A DNA stretch of 64,000 bases, from positions 4,092,001 to 4,156,000 of the forward strand of contig OX597819.1 in NCBI GenBank assembly GCA_951406725.2, read 5' to 3'. The stretch is from Octopus vulgaris (lineage: Eukaryota). The position numbers were made by a program, and so were the translations under genes. Numbering within the stretch: position 1 is the first letter of the stretch; each line of letters opens with the position of its first letter. The notes beneath the pieces were generated by a model. That model did not search any database, had not been told where the DNA came from, and was given only the letters and a program-made list of their open reading frames with translations. Positions 55,205 to 64,000 of the stretch are shown in pieces.

Positions 55205-56570
55205 AGACAAACAGACACAATTGAAAACCCACCAGTAGTTTCTCTCGCGCTCGATTCCACTTCATCCACTTACGAGCCCAACATAAATAGAAAGTATTAG
55301 TTATTTCTACCTGCGTACACAATCCAAAATTATTCCTTGAGATGACAACCACATATTTCCTTATGTCTTTGACATCAAAACAAGCTTTAGATGCCAAAGA
55401 GATGGGAAATATTCGGATTTCATAATTTTGAAAAGTATAATAATTTGCTTGCTGTGCTAATTATAGTTGATAGCCTCTATTATTTTGAATATAATTAATG
55501 TGTTAGCCAACAGATTTTAAAACATTGCGAACATTCCAGTTATTATTTAGTCATTATTCTGTATGCTACTTTAGTAATACAAACAGTTAATTGCAATTTG
55601 CAGCTGTTATTGATTCGATTCGATTTGTTTAGAAGTATCTAAATATTCCAGATATTGGTATGATTCACTTACAACGATTAAAATATGACTAAGATTCGAA
55701 ATCTTTACATCTCACCTCCTGCTTTCGAGTATTCAGCATAAAAATTGATTAAAATAAACAATGCATTCGTTGGTGAAAGACTTCACACTGACAGTGTCAA
55801 ATCAAAGAATAAAAGATAGAAATGCGATTAATATGCATGGTCAGAGATATTAAAATATAAAGAAAATCAGGATTGATTCTCCGCTATCTAGTAACACCCA
55901 ACAGCAGGTAGAATGTTCAAATCAGCAAAGCAAGAGAGAAATATTGATTTTTTTTTGTACAATTGATGACGTGAACACAAATATTTTATGACTGGCGATA
56001 TTATGCTAGTTTAAACGTGATGTAAACAAATATATACTGAATGATATTGCTGTAGTGCAGATTTATATATTGTTTGTTAGTATAACACATGATTTTATTA
56101 CAAGGAAAGTTTGCATTCACAACAAGCGTGCGAATCTAAATTTAGGACTACAGAGTTTGCATGAATTATAAGCCGAGCAACTTAAAAAGCTGTCATGGTG
56201 CCTGCGAGAAAGCAAAAGGTAGTGGAAGAGATAGGATTCAGTTTCGAACGCTAATTATTTCTTTTACATTCTTATCGCATTGAAAAAGCTCCTAAAGTCA
56301 TATTTCTTTGTTCGTCCCTATTAACTTCTGTGCTTTCTGCCTATTTCACAAATCTGTACTATAACCGAACGCTTTCACACACCTAGGTTTTTAAGGTTTG
56401 AGTTTGTATAGTTTTGTTTCCTCCAAAGTTATTATATTTGAATGTTTTGGCCAGTAATTCACAAATTGTAAACAAGTTGACAACTCAAATTTTAATTCAA
56501 AGTTGCTTACTTTTAAAATTGGGTTATATACCTTTCAACTGTAAATTTTAGTTATTAATAATGGACAAAT

Positions 56571-56880
56571 CACCGTGATCACCGTGACCGACCAGGCTAT
56601 CAGATGTTGCTACACATCGCTGGTCACAATGCGCTTCGCATTGTTTTTTAGCCTTCAAATGACGCCACCCCGCTGGCTAAGCGAACAGGCCAACAGAAGA
56701 AAGAGTGAGAGAAAGTTGTGGCGAAAGAGTACAGCAGGGATCGCCACCACCCCTGCAGGAGCCTCGAGACCCTTTAGGTGTTTTCGCTCAATAAACACTC
56801 ACAACGCCCGGTCTGGGAATCGAAACCGCAATCCTACGACCGCGAGTCCGCTGCCCTAACCACTGGGCCAATGCGCCTCC
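56571..56880 (-). mobile_element. SINE family C, full length, perfect 17-bp TSD
   Basis: Minus head ggaggcgcattggcccagtggttagggcagcggactcgcggtcg; attaataatggacaaat at 56554-56570 and 56881-56897. Confidence 0.92.
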
Positions 56881-57200
56881 ATTAATAATGGACAAATATA
56901 GGAATTAAACGCTTAATTAATCACATATTGTGATTTCTTTTCACTTTTGAAAAGATATTCTGAGAATAATAGCAGCTTATTTGTCACCTTTTCGGAAACC
57001 ATGCCAACTCCTTTTTCTGGATGGTACAGTGTCCCTTCATTGATGTTGCTATCTCAGTATTTTGTATATACTATCATATGTAAACTAAAAACATATGATT
57101 CAGTAGATAATATCTACAATTGAATATAGGCACTGTAACTTCAATAACTATTACCATAACTTCTGCTACGTTTGATCGAAATATTTTGACGTAAACACAC

Positions 57201-57240
57201 TGTGTTACATGTTTCTGCCGCAAAAGACGTCATCAGCACA
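57201..57240 (-). ncRNA. Hammerhead-like motif, imperfect
   Basis: Minus: tgtg|CTGATGA|cgtc ttttgc ggca|GAAAC AT GTA|a|caca; one extra nt before stem I and a mismatch at the base of stem II. Confidence 0.45.
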
Positions 57241-57392
57241 TCACTTGCCCGACGCTGTCACCAGCAAAATACGCTACGTATACATACGCTACGTATACAG
57301 ACGCATAAATAAATCAAAAATGAAGTGAGTAAATAACTCCGAGAAGCCAGTGGCACGTGATTAGACTGCATGTTCGCTAAAGGTATTCCTTT

Positions 57393-57608
57393 GTTCTTTT
57401 ATTCTTTTACTTGTTTCAGTCATTTGACTGCAGCCATGCTGGAGCACCGCTTTTAGCCGAGGAAATCAACCCTTGAAATTATTCTTTGTAAGCCTAGTAC
57501 TTATTCTATCGGTCTCTTTTGCCGAACCGCTCGGTTACGGGGACATAAACACACCAGCATCGGTTGTCAAGCGATGTTGGGGGGACAAACACAGACACAA
57601 ACATACAC

Positions 57609-57679
<71 letters not shown>

Positions 57680-57690
57680 TATACGACAGG

Positions 57691-57734
<44 letters not shown>

Positions 57735-57907
57735 CACACACATACGACGGGCCTTTTTCCGTTCCTGTCTACCAAATCCACTCACAAGACTTTGGTCGGT
57801 CCGAGGCTATAGTAGAAGACACTTGCCCAAGGTGCTACGCAGTGGGACTGAACCCATGACCATGTGGTTGGTAAGCAAACTACTTACCATACAACCACTC
57901 CTACGCC
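57393..57907 (-). mobile_element. SINE family A, full length, directly downstream of a U6 copy
   Basis: Head ggcgtaggagtggttgtatggtaag starts at 57907; tail ..gactgaaacaagtaaaagaataaaagaac. Confidence 0.9.
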
Positions 57908-57910
57908 TAT

Positions 57911-58017
57911 AAAAATATGGAACGCTTCACGAATTTGCGTGTCATCTTTGCGCAGGGGCCATGCTAATCTTCTCTGTATCATTCCAATTTTAGAATATGT
58001 ACCGCCGTAGCTAGTAC
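57911..58017 (-). pseudogene. U6: U6 snRNA full-length copy (107 nt), probably a retro-pseudogene
   Basis: Minus: gtactagctacggcggtacatattctaaaattggaatgatACAGAGAagattagcatggcccctgcgcaaagatgacacgcaaattcgtgaagcgttccatattttt; ACAGAGA box and AGC triad present, several substitutions versus canonical U6. Confidence 0.95.
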
Positions 58018-58110
58018 ATATATCTAAAATTGAAGAATTCTTGATTCTTCATATTATTTCCATTTGTTATTTGGATTTCGTCCGAATTGGCTTGACGACT
58101 CTGTTAATGA

Positions 58111-58163
<53 letters not shown>

Positions 58164-58564
58164 GATGTATCTATGTATACATGTTCATTTAATTTAAAAG
58201 ACAAATTGAAACTTAGTTTTCGTTGCTGAGAGTTACCCGCCATCTGAATGCTAACTTTGTAAGTACACTTTTGCCACCATCATGAGTTTCGCCAGGAAAT
58301 ATGGCTCACATACAGTAACTATAAACCAAGTTTTATGAAATTTCCTGATGCTTATAAAAAATAATGAAATGAATGCTAATTTTCAAAAGCAAAATATTTA
58401 TTACTTTAACATAGAAATTAAATAAAAAAAAACAAAATTTCACAATTGTATATTTGCAATAAATACATGATATTATTTCTCTGAATTTTACCACATAATC
58501 ACAATCTACTCCATCGAAAGCTGTTATACACACACACACACACACACACACACGTGTATGTATG

Positions 58565-58642
<78 letters not shown>

Positions 58643-58668
58643 TACATATATACATATACATATATATG

Positions 58669-58727
<59 letters not shown>

Positions 58728-59473
58728 GCACACATTTATAAACAATATATTTATATATACATCTTTTAAAAGAATACACGCGCGCACACAACAATATATT
58801 ATAGATTATATATATATGGAAACAGAAAAAAGCATAAATATATTCTTTTATACAAGGCAAAGGTTGATGTAGTGAATGTTGTAAGCAATAAATTCTCAAT
58901 TTATTGAAATTTATTTCTGATGTGGAGAAAGAAAAGAAAATCTTAGCAAAATTGCTAGCGTCACTCAAAGAAAAGTGAAGTTTATATGAAAAAAGAAAAA
59001 TTAATTTATGAAGTTAATTTACATGTTTAAAGAAGTCACAGCGTGATCTTTGTTTGCCGGCGAGTTACAACTAAGTGTATATATTTTGGTCTATTTGACC
59101 TCGTCATCAGAGTGCAGTTTAAATGAGACTAAATTTGTGGATACTTTTTTTCTTATAGAAAAAGACTTAAGTATGTTTTTTGGCCATTGTAATTTTTTCT
59201 TTATTGGATTTGCTTTCTTTAGATTCGTTAACAATTACCGCCTGGGTGAGTGTTCGTTCTCCAGCATACAAAGAGGCATAAATATATTAAGGATTTGTTT
59301 TTTGCTTTTTGCTTTTTGCTGGGTTTTTTTTTTCTTTCTTTCTTTATCTGTACTGCATTTAGTACATCACCCTCCAACATTATTATTCAAATTCATGTAA
59401 TTGACCCATTTGAATTAGCTCCCTTAGGTCTGTGGGTTTTTTATATATTTATCTTTTATTTTGTTTGTGAGTG

Positions 59474-59528
<55 letters not shown>

Positions 59529-59910
59529 AAGCAGCTTGTCCCCATTTTGTTTTCTCGTTTCTCAGTTTTCTGTCACGCTGTAGGAATATAGGAATGTGGA
59601 AGGAGAAAGTAAGAACTATCCGTGTTGAGAGGGTTGTGGAGAGAAGCGGTGAGAGCGAGGGGGAGTATTACGAAAAAAGAGATAGCACAGAGCTGAATAA
59701 CAACGACTTAAAACTTAACTGGTTGAAGAAACTCGGAAGTTATGAAAGTGGAAAGTGTGTCTCAATGTAAACTGCAAGAAAAGTAAGAGCGGTAAAGTCC
59801 TCCTCAGTTCAGCTAAATGTACTTTCCTCAATGTTGTGAATAATTGTTCGTGTGTGTGTGTGTGTGTGTGTTTGAATGGATATATACACACACACATACA
59901 TACATATATA

Positions 59911-60299
59911 CTCTCTTTACTCTTTTACTTGTTTCAGTCATTTTACTGCGGCCATGCTGGAGCACCGCCTTTAGTCGAGCAAATCGACCCCGGACTTATT
60001 CTTTGTAAGCCCAGTACTTATTCTATCGGTCTCTTTTGCCGAACCGCTAAGTGACGGGGACGTAAACACACCAACATCGGTTGTCAAGCAATGCTAGGTG
60101 GACAAACATACACACACACATATATATATATATACATATATACGACGGGCTTCTTTCAGTTTCCGTCTACCAAATCCACTCACAAGGCTTTGGTTGGGCC
60201 GAGGCTATAGTAGAAGACACTTGCCCAAGGTGCCATGCAGTGGGACTGAACCCGGAACCATGTGGTTGGTAAGCAAGCTACTTACCACACAGCCACTCC
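59911..60299 (-). mobile_element. SINE family A, nearly full length, very similar to 3789-4177
   Basis: gcggccatgctggagcaccgcctttagtcgagcaaatcgacccc..cttaccacacagccactcct. Confidence 0.9.
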
Positions 60300-60308
60300 T
60301 TGTGTGTT

Positions 60309-60343
<35 letters not shown>

Positions 60344-61548
60344 ATTCGTTTATGCATTTGCTTTGCAAGATTTCGTGATGTGAAAACGTGTGTTGAAACT
60401 AATATTATTAGAATTGGGGACGGTCATCATTTGCCAATTAAACATAAAATGGAATGAGCAGGACAGGAAGAGACATTTGGGCGGAAAAACTTTGATAAAT
60501 AAACTAAAAGTAATAATAATAAAGCCAAAGTGGTGATCAGATAAACAGTGCGTGTGTTTAATTGGCAAAAGATGAACGTCCCCAAGTATAACAATATATA
60601 TATTGAACTAGCAAGCATGTGCTTTCTACGATGATTTGAGAAGTGACAATTCTGTAAATAATAATTATATTTCATCAGTTTCAAGTTTATAAGCGATCAC
60701 TGTGCATTGACAAGAGAAAATAGTTTAATGCTGGAACATATGAACCCTCGACGGAAAAAAAGTACCCAGGGGACACGTACCTTTGGCGAAGTGTGATCAT
60801 TTCTATCTCAGACACAGACATTAGCAAAATGTTATATGTTATATATACACAACTACATATCTATATATATGTGTGTGTGTATGTATAAGTGTGTGACTGC
60901 GTATGAGTGTGTGTTTGTATGTGTGTGCGCGTCTGTATGTGTGAGTGTGTATGTGTGTGTTTGTATATCTGTGTTTATGAGTAAGTGTGCGTTGTATTTT
61001 TTTTTCCTGTATGTGTGCAGGTGTGTGCGTTTCTCTTGAGATATATCGTGCAAATGCAATATCTGCACAGTGTTAGCTGGTATGTCAGGTAAATCCATCG
61101 AGACTGAGTTAGGGAGATTACTTCACCTCTAATTATCTGACATTCATAATTTCCCTTTACAATTTTGCATTTTCTTTTTTCTTTTACTATGTCCAAAGTC
61201 TCTAATTCATTTTTCAGATTTTAAATTTAAATTATTTCGTGATACTCGGGAATTATCTTTCACACTTTAACTTCGTGGGAACATCTCCACAGTTGAGAAC
61301 CATTAATATAACTTATCTTTCTCTCTCTCTCTTATTCACTCTCTCATTCTCGAATTATGCTTTTCTGTTTCGTTTCGAGAACATTCATAAAACGTCAAAA
61401 TGCAAACTAAAATATAAAAATCAAATGCATTCTTTCTCTGGACCATGAAAACGCTAACACACATTTCCGCCACACAGGCTCATGGAGGTATGCACAACAC
61501 ACTCACTCGTAAAACACAGACACACACACACAGAAACACAGACACACA

Positions 61549-61592
<44 letters not shown>

Positions 61593-61659
61593 TACACACT
61601 GACTCAAGCATGCATATACACAAACAAAATGTATACATAATATATTCATATATACATAC

Positions 61660-61725
<66 letters not shown>

Positions 61726-61922
61726 GTATGATGGACTCGTGATGGGACTCGCAGTTCGTGATGGAGTGGAAGGTGAGCTGCCATTCTATACATCGTGTTT
61801 TTGACATTTTACTATAGGAGGTCATCCCTTTCCAGTCGATTTCTTACAGAAAGTTTGGGAGTCTGTGTGCGTGCGTGCGTGTGTGTGTGTGAGAGAGAGA
61901 GAGAGAGTGTGTGCGTGCGTGC

Positions 61923-61959
<37 letters not shown>

Positions 61960-62261
61960 CAAAAGAAATAAAGCAATACCTCCCAGTATTTGAGAACATT
62001 TTATCCACCCCGGAAGGTAGGAAGATCTCGACTGAATAACAAATACACTCACACACACGCTCTCTCTCTCTCTCTCTCTGTTTGTCTCTCTCTCTCTCTC
62101 TCTCTCATGCATGCCGTGATGTTCAAACCAATTCTGACTCCTCAGCATTGCTACAGCAACTAGGATATAAAAATTAAAAAAGCAGCCGTAGTTACAAATA
62201 TATACATACATATATATACATATATACATGCATACATACATATTATACATACATACATACA

Positions 62262-62336
<75 letters not shown>

Positions 62337-62893
62337 TTACAACAGCTTCGTAAACCTTCATCAAACATAACTCAGAAATATCGCGACTATAGTTATTATA
62401 ACATCACAATCACCAGACAGGCTACAATTCTCTGCATTTCTTAGGCATCAGCTGTGTTTACATAATTGTAATGGTGTCGTGTACAGTCTGTGGGATCAGC
62501 GAGGAACCTATTCTTCGCAAACAGTGCTTCTTACTCAGCTACACACAGTTATATACTGTGACGACCAATTCAACTTACTAGGTTCCTTTGTCCAATTTTA
62601 GGAGATATTTCATGTCATTTAATCTGAAATTGTAAGGGTTTTTAGCAGTGTGTAATAGTTAGAGATTGCTTTTTATAAGTATATTAACGCTGAGCTATGA
62701 ACTATATATTTATATTTTTATCGTTCATTGATGTAGGCAATAACATCACTAGGCTTAGATTTTCAATTGGGCAGTCGGTGAGTTGCTGAATTTTAGATAT
62801 GTGAATAAACAAAAGAACGCACCAGTATGGCGAATTTCTAGCGAATATCTACCGATGTATCTTTCGCCGACAGCTCCACCAGACACACACACG

Positions 62894-63700
62894 TCTACTA
62901 CATAGGTGGGAAATTCTGTCTGTGTGTTTGTTTGTGAAGTTGTTAGCTAACTCCTCCTACATCGCTTGATCGATTTTGATGAAACTTGACACGTGAGTAG
63001 AACTCATGTCTGGAAAGCTCATGGCATACTCAGATTGATGAAATAAATCGATAATTGGGCCCTTGGAAGGGATCCTTATATATATCTAATATATTTTATT
63101 TTAAAAACCAAGAGAAATAACCAATTCGGCCCAAGAAGGGATCCTTATATATAGCTAAAGGAAATAACCAATTCATTTTCCTAAATTATTTGGTAAAAAT
63201 GAAATAGAGTATTCTTATTTCCTAGTATTTGAATTGTTAGAGTTATTTTCGCAATGTATCCAGTACAACCCTTAAACAAGTAAGTAGTATTTTCCTAAAC
63301 ACTAGATCCACTTATTTCGGTTGGTGACTTATTCATGAATATACCAACACTAGCGCCGCTGTGGGTAGTATTCTCTGGGAACGCACAAAAGCCCTTTTCA
63401 GAGTTATTTACTTTGAATTGTTATTACGTAAAATGCATCACGATTTTAGCATACACACCTTATTAGCATTTCCTCCTATGTTCTATATATTCTAGGAACA
63501 CATTAAAGCCCTTTTCGGGACTACTTTATTTGAATTCTTACTCTCAGGTAACTAATTTCATGTTATTACATAACTGACTTCACAATTTGGGTATTCATGA
63601 CTTATTGGGAATTCATAAAAGCAAGATCCTGTGTAAGACAGTTCGGTATTCTCTGTAAATGCACGAAAACCGTTTTACTTTGTATTGTTGCTACTGGATT
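62894..63700 (+). mobile_element. Helitron-like element 5' end followed by degenerate internal tandem subrepeats
   Basis: TCtactacata..tgtctgtgtgtttgtttg..aactcctcc..gatcgattttgatgaaacttgacac resembles non-autonomous Helitron 5' ends; gaagggatccttatatata x2; tattct..gaac..aaagcccttttc x2-3; 3' end uncertain. Confidence 0.5.
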
Positions 63701-64000
63701 AGCGAAACAATTATGAGAACGAAAGAGGCACATTAGAATGCATGCACACACACACACACAACACAATTACATACATGCACTTACATAAATACAAAAGATT
63801 GACACATGTGTATATGGTATTATATCATTTATATCATATGCCAAAGATGTAAGACAAATATAGCAAAAAAAAGTAGTCCAAGATGATTCTTAGGTGTTTC
63901 AAAACTTCAGCGACTGGTTGTTGTAACAGTGTGTATTATGCAAATAGGTGCGCATACTGGTGCAGTAATACATATCAAACAAATAGAAGACATGAAAACA

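Noticed and set aside
56800-56880. tRNA gene
   Set aside because: The tRNA-like sequence is the head of a TSD-flanked SINE and lacks a complete acceptor stem.
57473-57859. ORF with signal-peptide-like start [19 protein letters not shown]
   Set aside because: It is the antisense reading of a family A SINE plus microsatellite; the same sequence recurs in other copies.

Overview
AT-rich eukaryotic non-genic (intergenic or intronic) DNA, very dense in microsatellites ((TA)n, (CA)n, (TACA)n, (TAGA)n, (AAT)n/(AAG)n). Its tRNA-derived SINEs resemble those I recall from Octopus genomes, so the taxon is inferred, not proven. No intact protein-coding gene is supportable: almost all long ORFs in the track are microsatellite reading frames (IYIY, HTHT, CVCV). 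The recognisable coding remnants are a Penelope-like element (PLE) GIY-YIG endonuclease, two R4/Dong-like RLE LINE fragments and a Tc1-like transposase. The main signal is about a dozen type-I minimal hammerhead ribozyme (HHR) motifs (CUGANGA - stem II - GAAA - palindromic stem III - NUH). At least five have intact catalytic cores. Many lie in short sequence islands embedded in (TA)n tracts, and two islands form long near-perfect palindromes. One HHR palindrome shares a 23-bp terminus with the PLE endonuclease fragment. Also present: a full-length U6 snRNA copy fused directly to a SINE head, nested, tandem and modular SINEs with TSDs, MITEs and Helitron-like elements. All folds and alignments were done by eye; repeat boundaries are approximate.
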